Positions 39,700 through 51,941 of a DNA stretch of 64,000 bases are shown piece by piece (position 1 is the stretch's first letter; every line of letters begins with the position of its first letter). The stretch lies in NCBI GenBank assembly GCA_046563655.1, contig CM102286.1, positions 13,516,001 through 13,580,000 on the forward strand. The letters run 5' to 3'. The stretch comes from Yuukianura sp. NJ FZ-2021 (lineage: Eukaryota). The notes under the pieces are model-generated. The model saw nothing but the letters and a program-made list of their open reading frames with translations, did not search any database and was not told the DNA's origin. The translations under genes and the position numbers were made by a program.

Positions 39700-41315
39700 A
39701 TGGAGAGATACGGATACTTACATCCTTCAGCCGACATAGGCTTGGGTTATTCCAAACATTTCGAAAACGATGATCTGCGGAGGCGTCAAAGAAATCAGGA
39801 AATCTTTGATAAAATTCAAGAACTCAGATTAAAATCTGCCATGGATTCAGCACGTTCTGAAACTTTTCGGCAATTACAAGTAAGATGCTCAACTTTTAAC
39901 GAAAACTTTATTTCTAAATTTTGAAAATTACAGATAAAAATATCCCTTTTAGAATGAGCACAAAGCACTTGTTCAAAAGTACTCAAATCAGAGAAATGCT
40001 TGGCATCGTCCTGTCCAACCAACGACATCCAGAACGTACGTTGTCTCCACTGGAGTGAATACAGATTTGAGCGGTCCGGTTGAACCAATTCGATTTCGCC
40101 GCGAAAATTCAAACTTTGGAAACGAATTTAATCGTTTTGCAAATGAGGATACCGCAATCCCTACCACCCAACGCAGAGATCCGATTGCCCCGCATTGGAA
40201 TCAAACACAAGTCAATCCCACCGAAACCAATCCACCATTTCCCGCGACTTCTCAAAAAATTGAACAACGGAAACCAGCATCCAGGTTTGTCAACTTGTTC
40301 TCCAGCGATTCTGACATTACTGTAACTGAAACAGAAACTGCGGACAGAGGAGACAAAGCTAATGCTGAGCGTCGCCGAATGTCTCTTTTCTTGACTCCAA
40401 CAGCAGCAGCAATCCAGAAACTGCTTACAGCCGACGATACTTCGGAAACTACTGGAAGCATTTCTGTCACCCCTCGACGAACCAGTATCGGCCCAATTCC
40501 AATATCGAAACATCCTGAACTTCTGGAGCGCCGTGTAGAACCACAGCAAATCCAAAAAGTAACGACGATTAACAAAGATGAAACGAAAATTCCCGCCAAT
40601 ATTCCAATTGAAAACGAAGATTTTGGAGAAAGTGTTGGTGCTAATACGAGTGTTGGCGATTCAGTGATGGATTCTGTTCAGCAAGAACTTTTGGCTGCTC
40701 CACAAACTCCAGATTCCAGTTCTGTTTCAAAACAAGAAAATGTTGAAAAGGAGATTCTGGAAGGCAAGGACGCTGAAATCAAACATTCTGAAATACTGGC
40801 AGCATCGACGACGCCAACGAGCAGTCCGAGTGAAGAAGAAGAAAATGAGACAGACGATCTCAGTTACAGCAACGCTGAGTACCGAAACGATCCGATTGAA
40901 GAGAACAAAGTCTCTAATGCAGTCAAAGCAGACTTTGAAACGAAAGAAGTTCCGTAAGTCACTCACAATCTAAAAAAAAAACTTACTATACAAAATACTA
41001 CGTAAAAGTTCAAGTTTTTGAATTTAAAAATGAAGTCGCTTCACCTTCAGGTCAAGTGCTGCTCCGGAGGGAGAACCAGCGCCACTTCAGAAAGATGCTG
41101 AATGTAAATTGCAACAAGCAGCGCCAGTGGCAGCATCTCAGCAGCACATTAAGCTTCAACTTGCCTACGACGATGACACTGAATCAGACAACTCCCAACT
41201 TCAATTTTCAAAATCAGTGAAAAACAAAGTCAGCGTCGGTGCTGAAAAGGACAAGGAAAAAGTCAAATCTGATGAAACAGAAAATGAAGATGATTTAGAC
41301 GCTTTCTTTGATTGA
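39700..41315 (+). CDS. Coiled-coil N-terminus plus disordered acidic protein, possibly Kizuna-like (exons 39700-39879, 39953-40953, 41051-41315)
   Basis: GT-AG introns join the three ORFs. RRQRNQEIFDKIQELRLKSAMDSARSETFRQLQNEH and C-terminal EDDLDAFFD* resemble recalled Kizuna features. The gene model is well supported; its identity is tentative. Confidence 0.6.
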
Positions 41316-41587
41316 AAAAAAGCAATTCAAGGTCAGGGGTCACTAATAATATAGTGCACTGAGCAAGACACGAAGGTCAAAGATTAGGAAGATTAGGTTA
41401 GCAAAAGCTCTAAGTTTAGAAGCAAACTGTTTGATTTATGAAAGTTTTTGTTTTTCATGGTCTGTTCAAGATATTACTTGGAATTTGGTTAAAAATCGGT
41501 TCTTTTCGAACAGTGTTATTGAATTAAACATTACAAAAGTTTCAATTTTTCGGGAAACTTCGAAAGTTTTACGTTTCTCGTCGTTTT

Positions 41588-43726
41588 TTATCCACTTTCA
41601 CCACTGCCGCCAGCATCGGTTTCGCTTCCATCAGCACCAGTTTTTTCATCAGCAGAATACTTTTTATCAGCACCAGTTTTTTCATCAGCAGAAGACTTTT
41701 TATGAGCACCAGTTTTTTCATCAGCAGAAGACTTTTTATCAGCACCAGTTGTTTCATCACCGGAAGTTTCTGCCTCAACAGATGCCGTTTCATCAGCAGA
41801 TGTTTTTTCATCACCAGAAGTTTTTTCATCAGCGGAAGTCTTTTCATCAGTAGAAGACTTTTTATCAGCACCAGTTTTTTCAACACCGGGACTTTTTCCA
41901 TCAACAGAAGGCGTTTCATCAGCAGATGTTTTTCCATCAGCAGAAGTTTTTTCATCAGAAGTTTTTTCAACACCATTCACCTCAATTTGGTTCAATCCGG
42001 TTTCCGACGATTGCCGACTGAGTTGCTGTTGATTCGTCCAGTCTTGAGCGGTAACTGGTCGCTTGATTTCAACCAATGGCTCATCAGTATCATCTGCTGA
42101 TTCTGCTGACGCTGATGTTGGACATTCAGGGGTTTCCTCAGCGTCCATGATTTTGCAAGCACTGAGGATAGATTCTGCAGAAGAAATCGTAAGCCCCGCC
42201 TCCGTCGTCATGTAAAGTTTGAGTTCTTCGCTGGCTGATCCAAGAAAAACTTTTTCGCCAGATTTGATTCTGCGTTGCAATTCTCGGTAAATACGTCGAA
42301 TGCATTCGATCCCATCCATGGCATCACTTAATTTTCCAATTCTCAAATCACGCAGGAGCAAGTGATTCTGGAGCGCAGTGAGGCAACTGTTCTTGAGCAT
42401 TGACAGCAAATTTTGCTCCAATTTGCTTTTCACATTGGCGAATTCCAGCTCTCCATCTGGAAGTCTTCAAAAATTTTTACATTTTTTTTTCGAAAAGTAT
42501 GTTTACATTTTTAAAACATTAAGCTTACACTGGTGTGATGATCGTCAGATGACATTCCGGAAGCTTCAGAACGGAACAAACGTCATCCGGGTAAAAGAAG
42601 CTTCTTGGAAGGCGTTCTTTCCTGAAAATTCGAAAAAATTGTTTTTGAAAATTTGGAAGAATTTGAGTTAAGGCGAAATTGTAACATTACTTACCAAGTG
42701 TGATCGAGTTGTCTGATGATTGCGTATGCAAAGTCACCGTAGTAGGCTGAGTGTTCGTCTTTCAAGTCAACCACAATGACCTTATAAAAATTTCGAAATT
42801 TTAAATTTTGGAATTTGAAATTAGGAGAGACTATTAAAAAATTTGAAACTAATTGAACACTAACTTGGTGACCAAGACTGATGAGGAAATCGGGAAGGCT
42901 TGGATTCCAATCGGAGCAGAGTTTAGTTACATCACGACATTCGATGATTTTGAAAGTAGCGTTGGAGTGGCGTACAAAACTTTCGGCAGCGATTCGATAC
43001 AGCACTGGAGCCAAGGTGATGGAAGAACTTGCCAAAATTTCGTCCGGACCGAATCTTTCAGCAAACTCACCAGAATGGATCGCAATTTTGTCCTGAAACA
43101 AATCCAAAAAGATTTTTAACACTTGAAATCTTCTAAAACGTTCTAAATGTTTGTTCTTACTGCCAGTAGTTTTGCCATGCGAGTGACTTGTAACTCTGGT
43201 TTGACTGGTTCAATTTCAATCAACTTCTCGAGGAAGTTGTTCTGCATGTCTTCATCCAAATGCTTGCACGGCGGATTCTTGTCTTCGTTGATGAGAAATG
43301 CATATTTGCTTAAAGTTTTGGTTGGACCGTACCACTTACCATCAGCACCAAAACAACCAGACATTCTCTGGTTGAGGCAACGGTCAACGCAGGGCAAAAG
43401 TAGAAGTATAAAATTCAATTACTGAAATCTGTCGCATGTCGGTTGAAAAACTATCATCGGAAGGAACGACGACTCGGCCGGCTACTTGTATTTGCATCCT
43501 GAAATGAGTTACTAACCTTACTAACACAAAAGTAACAAACAGTTCATGGTTTCCATGGCAAATTCCTTGAAAATTCAAAAAATAAGTTAACAAATGATTG
43601 ATTTTTTTTTACCTCTGTTACCACAGTAGACTCTTCTTTTTGATGCCAATTGTGATTATGCAGTGTTGTAGTTAACGGAATCATTGAACGCACCCTGGGC
43701 GAAGCCCCAACACGCATCTGTAGCAT
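41588..43726 (-). CDS. Uncharacterised multi-exon protein with C-terminal hexapeptide repeats; start codon uncertain (43726 to ~43497)
   Basis: Chain of ORF fragments (43418-43143, 43122-42691, ~42620-42530, 42433-41588) bounded by GT-AG introns; no family recognised with confidence. Confidence 0.65.
41625..41975 (-). repeat. Coding 18-bp tandem repeat (DEKTSA / DEKTGA-DKKSSA), about 19 units with 36-bp higher order
   Basis: Repeating ttttttcatcagcagaag / tttttatcagcaccag units in the DNA and in the translation. Confidence 0.9.
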
Positions 43727-43858
43727 ACTTAAAAGCAATTTTCGGATTTGTAACTTCGTTTTTAGAATTTACTGGAAATTTAAAAACTAAAAGATGTAAA
43801 TATTGTAATTAATTGATTTGGTTAACAACGATAAAGATCTGGAGTGTTGAGACAGTCT

Positions 43859-46411
43859 TCAAGTATCTTGTTGCAGAACTTGTGAGTAATATCCATTGTA
43901 ATTCATCCTACAGTTTTGAAAAATTGCATAAAATAATGTTTTCGGAGTGATGTATTTCGAAATGAAGACTGACTTTTACCTGTGAACGATGTTGATAACT
44001 TTGGAAGATTGATGTGGATTTTGAATAGTATGAGAAACGTCACGGAGAAACTGGATCAACTTGGTACTAAACTCTTTGTCGTATTCGGCTGTGACATTGT
44101 CAATCAAAATCCTAGGTTGACTTGGATTTTTCGTAGGAGGTACTTCTGTCGTTTCCGAAAACTTTTTGGAAAAGTGGAGACAGCAGGCCAAGAGTCCAGA
44201 AATCTTGTCCAAATGCTCCGAAGTTGTTAACATGGAGTCATGCACAATTGAACAGAGAAAGGCCGAGTGGGCTTCCATCACTTGGTCAATGTTTTGTACT
44301 TTACTCATTGTGGCAAGGAAGGTGTGCCAAGCCGGTTCAATCACCTAAACATTTGCAATGATTAATTCAAATTCAGTAACACAATCAACCAATATTTAGT
44401 AATTACCTCAAATGTCATGTAGTACAGAAGATTCTGGACAAAGTTTAGCATCTTCAGACGTAGAGCGAAGGCTGCTGCTTTTTCAGTGTCCCTTTGCAAG
44501 TGAACTGTCTTGTATTTCTTGCCTTGAACCCACGTATCACACAGATTCCTCTCGACGTGTTTGCAGAAAAACAAGTGGCGGAAGATCAGCTGATAGTTGG
44601 TAAGGGCTCTTTCGTTGAGTACAAGAGAAACTGGCCACTTGACGTTAACTTTGAGCGAGAAAGCTTCAACTCCAGGAATATTGAAGGCGTCATCGGTTTC
44701 GAAGGGCTCCGATTCATAAGGAGTTCCAATTTTAATCATGTTGACAAGCATATCCCGAATTCCAGTTGGAAATAACTCTACGCTAACGTCGTCTTTGTAT
44801 GGATCTGGATGGGAAGATGATGTGCGAAGAGCCAGTTCGAGCAACGAGCAGAGTTTGGTTTCATTCAGATCACTGATTTGTTTGCAGAGCTCTTCTTTTG
44901 TCAGATCCAAAAATTGCACAATGAAATCACCCTAAATATAAGAAAAAACGTTCACAAGACAACAAAATTGCTAATGCTGACACTGGAACTGGAACATTGA
45001 GGTCATACCTGATCCATAAGAAGGTAATGCTTGACTGAAACGATTCTGCGCATGAGATCATAGTCGTTCAATAACAGACCGAGTAGCGTTTTGCTCGCAA
45101 ACGAATAAGCGTTCTGAATGTACTCGACGTATGAGTACTCGTGAATGCTGTACACGATTTTCTCACCCTAAAACAGTAATTAGTAGACATAAGAAAAAGT
45201 TAATTACCAATAATTTTGATTTTTTTTTTGCATTTCTGTTTACTTACGGTATAGAGTTCTCCAATGTCTTTACCAACTTGACGAATGACATTAAGATATT
45301 TGCCAGCTTTTAAAATTTCGTTTGTCATTTTCCTAAGGAAGACAGGACACTCGAAAATGTTAGAGCTGTACCTTCTCTCCCAGTAATCATAAGTAGCAAA
45401 CTCCCCGTCGTTACTTTCTTCCATATCAAGTTCAGAAATGAAGAATTCATGAAATGGATCATGAATTTTTCCCTGTAAAAAGAGAAAATATTGTAAGATT
45501 GCATAGTACAATTCGTTTCTTAAGACTTTACCTTGTAAATCCAGTTTTCTAAAATCCGAAAATAAGGCTGGCTTGCAGTATCTGCCAAGGTGTAGCATAC
45601 TTTCTTCCCTCTTTCGTCTCCGGCCATGGTCACTGCCTTTTCGTGTAAGATCGACAGCACTTGCCCTCCACGGGCAGATTTATCTTCAATAGATGCGGCA
45701 ATTGAACTCATGATACTAAGCTGCTGAATTGACTTGTGAATGTAAAACCACAAGTTTTGTAAGGACAACTCATCCTAATGGGATGACAAAACAAAATTAG
45801 ACGAAGAAATCTTATGGGAGATTGAACTGCAAGTTTCAAAGGCTTACCTTCATCAACATAGTTTCCAATTTGCCAATAAGGTTATGATATTCTCGAATCA
45901 TCGGTTTCATTGCTGCTCCCAAGGCATGATTTACTTTTCCATATTCAAAATTACAAGAAACTTCTATATACTTCTGAATCGTATGATAGTAGCCAGCCGC
46001 TTCTGTAACTTGCAGAGCGAGGTGTTTCAGTGAAGCGTCGATCCTTTCGTCAACCTGTTTAGAATACAAAGGTTCAACTGCTTGTTTCGTCAAATAATGA
46101 ACAAAACTTACAACAAATCCAATCTTGTTATAAGAAATTTGGTACACAGAGACGAGTGGAGAGTCAGTACCACTCAGAACGTATAGTAAATCTCGTGTCA
46201 GTGCTTTCTCTTGCTCCGAAACAAGCATCAGATTCACATCAGCCATTAGGTGCGGAACTTCTTGATGTTCCGTAATAAAGGTCCGCGTGGAGTAAGTTCG
46301 AGTTGAATCGTGTATTGGTTTGTGTCTTTTCTCCATCCTGGATGTCATCGACCTCGAAAGTGCTTCTATATTCTCCAAAACGGAGGCCTCAGGATTGAGT
46401 TTGTAGTCCAT
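43859..46411 (-). CDS. TUBGCP2: Gamma-tubulin complex component 2
   Basis: QEKALTRDLLYVLSG, FEYGKVNHALGAAM, GGQVLSILHEK, PYFRILENWIYK|GKIHDPFHEFFI, ILKAGKYLNVIRQ, HYLLMDQ|GDFIVQFLDL, WPVSLVL, YQLIFRHLFFCKHVER, RMNYNGYY. Confidence 0.95.
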
Positions 46412-47037
46412 TTTTGGTATCTAGCAAAGTACAAAATGATTGGTTAGTTAAATCAATGTTCTTTACTTTCAAAGATTAACTTATTGAGCGAAGTATTAAA
46501 TGACATACTAGCAGAAATATGGCGGTTCCTTATATTATAAGCGTTCAATTGTCGAACTTGTAGTGTATCCTTGTAAGCCGGATGACGACGAGCTGAACTT
46601 AACAGCACAAGGTGTAAACCATTAATTATTCCTATCAATAATCAATCAGTTGTTAATTTGTTTCATCTCTTTATGAATGACATGACACGACTGGACGACT
46701 GTAGGACACTGGAAAAACAAACAAAAACAAAACCATACTGAAGAATGACAAAAAAAAGGGGAGGCGCGATTTCTATTTCAAAAACAGAATTTCCGCCAAA
46801 AAACATTTTTAAGGAATCTCAATTCACCCCGTGTGGAGTGCTGTAGTTTTTGAACAAAAATCGGAACGGTTTTGTTCCGATTTTTTTAATTGTTCAAAAA
46901 ATTGTTATCTTAGGTCAATTACTTTATTCGAGAACGTAAAAAAGACATAAATTGACTAATTTTAAACTAAATTGGTCTAACACAAAACGTTTTAAGTGAG
47001 ATATACTATACTAATCACCGAGGAATAACGCAAAAAA

Positions 47038-47679
47038 TTAGTAATAGAATTCAGCCATGTCCTTTTGATTGAAAATTGCTGATGCGTGGGTCTTCCTGGT
47101 CTTACGTTGTTCATGATCATGTCCATCAGCATAATCTTCTGAATCCAATAGGTCAACCTCTTCGTCATAGTTGTCATCCGATGCCGCATCATCTTCGCTT
47201 ATTGCACCTTCTTCATGCAGAAAATCCTCGTCGGACAAACCCCACTTGTCGCAATTTGCTTTAAAAACGTTTTCAAACGCCGCAAGTTCATTCAGTGACA
47301 AATAGTTATTAGTACACTTTTTGAGAAACGTATTGTCACTAGAGCAGACAACTTGGGCTGGCGTAAAGTATTTTTCACGAACAAATCTTGGTAGATTAGT
47401 AAATGTTTGCTTATGAAGTTTGTTGTAAGGGACAGTCTTGAATAGTCCAGCTCTTATTAGAAATTCATGTCGCATCGCAATATGATTAAAGGTGTACGTC
47501 AGTGCTTTGCTCTTGGCGATAGTTTCCGGTTTATGACAAGCTCGCTGAATGAGGTAATTTAGCTTCGGTTCAACAATCCTTTCCGATTCCATCGCGGACT
47601 CACCACAGTTTAACATCAACTGAAGACTCTCTTGTCTAGTAAAGTACTTTCGTAATATTCCTGGTAAAGTTCGCTGCAT
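47038..47679 (-). CDS. MTERF4: Mitochondrial transcription termination factor 4-like (N-terminus short or unresolved)
   Basis: KLNYLIQR...IAKSKALTYTFNHIAMRHEFLIRAGLFKT...QVVCSSDNTFL...NELAAFENVF plus an acidic tail match the recalled MTERF4 C-terminal half. Confidence 0.75.
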   Translation of the reverse strand: MQRTLPGILRKYFTRQESLQLMLNCGESAMESERIVEPKLNYLIQRACHKPETIAKSKALTYTFNHIAMRHEFLIRAGLFKTVPYNKLHKQTFTNLPRFVREKYFTPAQVVCSSDNTFLKKCTNNYLSLNELAAFENVFKANCDKWGLSDEDFLHEEGAISEDDAASDDNYDEEVDLLDSEDYADGHDHEQRKTRKTHASAIFNQKDMAEFYY

Positions 47680-48804
47680 GTCTTTCCGCCTTCAGTTGAT
47701 GTTACTCGTGTCGTGTAAAAAACGTGTCCTTGGCGTAACGCGGAAAATGGAGATGGACCAACTGGAAAAAGAAAGGACAAGTCCGCATTTGTACAGGCCT
47801 GGGCCCTCGCGAGGAAATGCATTACGCGAGATAGGAGATGAGATGAGAGAAATGAATGGGAGAAAAACTCCATGTTATTCTCCCATCTCGCACAATGCAA
47901 AACTCCCATTGGGCCCAGAGGAATCCAAAGCATAGGCAAATGCGGACATGTCCTTTAAGTTATCTACTCTGTATAAAATACACAAGATATCACCTTACCA
48001 CCATATATTTTTCTTCTTACCTTAAATCGGTGTAGTGACTTGACTTACGCACTTACGGAATCGACGAGTTTGACAGCACTGCACTGAGACAACTGACACT
48101 GACAAAAAGAGGAAGACGGATAACGGAAACTCAACTTAGTCATTAGTAGAAAAATTTTAATTCAGACTGCTTGCCGCCACAGAAGAATTTAAATTCCAGA
48201 CAATTCAAAATAAATGTTTTGCTCGAATTTAAACTGGTTTGACAAAGGAATCCCCTACACACCATACACAGACGTCATTTCCTCGGTTGGAAGGCATTAT
48301 AATATAAACAGTTGTACCCACCAGCAGTATTTATAGCAATCGACAATCTATCTATCTATCTATTTATATACTAATGAACACCTGTCACCCCGGAATTGCA
48401 TAGCAACCGATAGTTTGTTGATTTCAAATTCCCTGACCGCATAGTTACAATCTAAGTTGTTTACACTAAAAATCTTTGATGACAAAAACACAAACCCAAA
48501 AAAAAACAACATTGTTCTTTGTTGTTTCCGAATATACCGTACACGATGTCGTCATAACAACCTTAAGAGGGTAATAACAGCACTATAACTTCCAAGAAAT
48601 TCGCAAATCAACCCATCTATCTATCTGTTATATTACTAATGAGCACTGGTAATTCTGCTTCTGTGTAGCAATAGATAGTTTGCTGACTTTGGCGAATAGT
48701 TACTCATTTAATTATCTTGCTAATTCCCATCAATCTCTAAAATTTTTACTTCATGAAATCTTGCTAATTCCCATCAATCTCTAAAATTTTTACTGAATGA
48801 AAGA

Positions 48805-49340
48805 GTTATTTAAATAGAGTGATTTTCCTACTAAATTTTTAACGTTTTGGAATTTGGAGTTATGTTATTTAAAAAGAGTGATTTTCCTACAAAATTTTTA
48901 ACGTTTTGGAATTTGAAATTATGTTATTTAAAAAGCGTATTTTTCCTACTAAATTTTTAACGTTTTGGAATTTGGAATTATGTTATTTAAAAAGAGTGAT
49001 TTTCCTACTAAATTTTTAACGTTTGGAAATTTGGAATTATGTTATTTAAAAAGAGTGATTTTCCTACTAAATTTTTAACGTTTGGAAATTTGGAATTATG
49101 TTATTTAAAAAGAGTGATTTTCCTACTAAATTATTAACGTTTTGAAATTTGGAATTATGTTATTTAAAAAGAGTGATTTTCCTACTAAATTTTTAACGTT
49201 TGGAAATTTGGAATTATGTTATTTAAAAAGAGTGATTTTCCTACTAAATTTTTAACGTTTGAAAATTTGGAATTATGTTATTTAAAAAAAGTGATTTTCC
49301 TACTAAATTTTTAACGTTTTGAAATTTGGATTTATGTTAT
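48805..49340. repeat. 59-bp tandem repeat, 9 copies
   Basis: Unit gttatttaaaaagagtgattttcctactaaatttttaacgttttggaatttggaattat at 48805, 48864, 48923, etc. Confidence 0.97.
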
Positions 49341-49901
49341 GGAAAATTCAAATTTTTCATAAAAAAGGAAAATACATTCTTTTGAATTTGTTAGCCTAAT
49401 CCTGACTTTTTCCAAAAGTCCTTCTGTGGAAAGTTAGAAGGTGTGATGAAGTTTTAAAAAAACAAAATTTTGGAAAATTTCAATTTTTCATGAAAAAGGA
49501 AAATACATTCTTTTGAATTTGTTAGCCTAATCCTGACTTTTTCCAAAAGCCCTTCTGTGGAAAGTTAGAAGGTGTGATGAAGTTTTGAAAAAACAAAATT
49601 TTGGAAAATTTCAATTTTTCATGAAAAAGGAAAATACATTCTTTTGAATTTGTTAGCCTAATCCTGACTTTTTCCAAAAGCCCTTCTGTGGAAAGTTAGA
49701 AGGTGTGATGAAGTTTTGAAAAAACAATATTTTGGAAAATTTCAATTTTTCATGAAAAAGGAAAATACATTCTTTTGAATTTGTTAGCCTAATCCTGACT
49801 TTTTCCAAAAGTCCTTCTGTGGAAAGTTAGAAGTTGTGATGAAGTTTTGAAAAAACAATATTTTGGAAAATTTCAATGTTTCAAGAATAAGGAAAATACA
49901 T
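49341..49901. repeat. 131-bp tandem repeat, about 4.3 near-identical copies
   Basis: aaatacattcttttgaatttgttagcctaatcctgac recurs at 49370, 49501, 49632, 49763. Confidence 0.97.
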
Positions 49902-50291
49902 GTAAGTCTCAGGAAAAATGTCTTTTTGATAAAATCTACCAGTCTGACGAATACCTATAATTTCTTTTTGATGAAATCTACCCAAGTCTCAGGAATACCT
50001 AAAATTTCTTCCCGACCTTTCTTCTTATCTCGGTATTCCTGAGTCTTAAGTAGATTTCATCGATAAGAAATTTTAGGTATTCCTGAGACTGAGCCCTGTG
50101 TGCCTTGGGCTTTTATGTAGATTTCTTCAAAGTGAGGCTGAGAAGCCTCCAAATATTGAAAAGAAAATTGATGTAATTATTAATAATGGTATCCTAAATT
50201 GTGATTAGGACGATTGAACGGGTCTGGGGCGGAGCCCCAGCAAGCTTTGCGCAGCAAAGCTTGTTATATACTAATGAGCTCCTGCAAATTT

Positions 50292-50435
50292 GAGAGATTC
50301 CTGAGAATTAGAAGTTCGTCACCAAGCCAAAATTGTAGAGATTCCTGACAATTAGAAGTTCGTCACCAAGTCAAAATTTTAGAGATTCCTGTGAATTACA
50401 AGTTCGTCCCCAAGTCAAAATTTTAGAGATTCTAG
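50292..50435. repeat. 44-bp tandem repeat, 3+ copies
   Basis: gagattc at 50294, 50338, 50382, 50426, separated by aattagaagttcgtcaccaagtcaaaatt. Confidence 0.92.
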
Positions 50436-50556
50436 TACTAATGAGAAGGTGTAAGTTACCGATTGATTTGTTTCTTCTCAAAATTTTGAAACTCAACAAG
50501 CCAAAAAATTTTCCAAAGTCGAATTCCAATTTATCTAACAATTCGTAACTCTCAAC

Positions 50557-50890
50557 TTCAACTGCTTCGCTGTTTGAATTTCACATGAACGCCCCAATCA
50601 GACACACCAAACCGTGATTGTACCATTCGTGGCAATACTTTGGTGTAAGCCCGAGGCGGCAGAAGTTCTTGGGAAACAAATTTCCAGAGTTGGATTTGAA
50701 ATGTCGGAAAAAGTGAAAACTTCGTGTTTCTCAAATTCAACTGCTTCGGTTTTTGAATTTCACATGAACACCCCAATGAAACCCACCAAAACGTGATCCC
50801 ACCATTAGTGGCAACATTTTGGTGTAAGCCCCAGGCGCCAGTAGCTTTTCGGAAACAATTTTCGAGAGTTGTATTCGACATGTCGGGAAA
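50557..50890. repeat. 179-bp diverged direct duplication
   Basis: ttcaactgcttcg...tttgaatttcacatgaac.ccccaat at 50557 and 50736. Confidence 0.88.
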
Positions 50891-51941
50891 CATTTGTGGG
50901 AGACGTTTTTAGTTTTATAGTTGGTTACAATAAATGTATCATCGCTGTGCTTCAACGTATCGCTCCATCTGGCTTCTGCCGATTATCCAGACTCCGGATT
51001 CGGAATAGACGAAACCTCTGCAAACCGACTCCGGACTCAGCCGGTTCGAATTCTTTTTCCGAAAGGAACGAGGATGAGAGGGAGGAGGGAGGTTACATAA
51101 AACCATACTAAAAACAAAACCAAGATCTTCGCCCACTGCATTGCTCCTTGGGTTATTAGCGGCAGGGCAGTCAGTACCAGCAGCATCACTGCAATACTGC
51201 AGTCTGTAGCATCCTCTGCATATTCTCTCCCTGCATCTCTGAATTTATTCGCTGCGGAAACTTGGTTTACTTTATTAGAACAAACGGAGTGTACAGAAAA
51301 CTGCATCCTGCACCTTAATAAAACATCTTCGTCCGGATCTGCATTTAAATGTTGCCGTAATCATCCTCGTCTGTCAAACTCAAAAGCTGGGAAGCAAGCT
51401 GCAATCGGTCATCCATTTTACCGTAGAGAGGGAACGGCGCGTAAGGAATTACAAAGCTAATTATTTAATTAGCGAATACATAACAATAACAATTCGGTTC
51501 CCAATTTGCCCATTAGAATCTGAATACGTATACCGTCGTCATCGTCAGTAGGTTTAGATCAGCACGGAGGAGGTAATCGATAAAGTTGAAGGAACTGGGG
51601 ATGGGTCTGCCGGGCTACCTGTACAATTACAATTACGTTCAAACTTGTAGTAAATTTCTCATCTAAGTATCGGTAACAATACAGATGATTTGGTAATTTG
51701 TATTTTTTGTTCTTTTGTTTTGTAGAACCAATTCTCACATTGTCAATTGACATACTTGGAAGCACCAGATACTAATTACCTACTCCAACGTGCCAGAAGC
51801 CACATCTTCACTTACAACGGTCTGAGTCTGCTGAAACTTCGATCTCATCTTGACTGAACGTACGAAGAGCCTTGCCGAAGTCTTCCCATTTTTCTGATTA
51901 CTGATTCTTCTGATTACTGAACACTGAACACCGTAGGCACA

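Larger units (their letters stand above)
48347..50900 (+). mobile_element. Cluster of non-autonomous Helitron-like elements carrying internal satellites
   Basis: Repeated 5'-end motif A|TCTATCTATCT..ATAT(T)ACTAATGA at 48347 and 48616, with the TACTAATGAG core again at ~50269 and 50436. GC-rich terminal hairpins ctggggc-gga-gccccag (50224-50240) and caagctttgc-gca-gcaaagcttg (50241-50263) end in CTTG|T. No TSD and no Rep/helicase ORF. Confidence 0.65.

Noticed and set aside
48805..50435. CRISPR-like array
   Set aside because: Units are contiguous without unique spacers, there are no cas genes, and the context is eukaryotic.
50965..51060. tRNA or SINE suggested by B-box-like GGTTCGAATTC followed by a T run
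   Set aside because: No good A box and no cloverleaf could be built; tRNAscan-SE would settle it.
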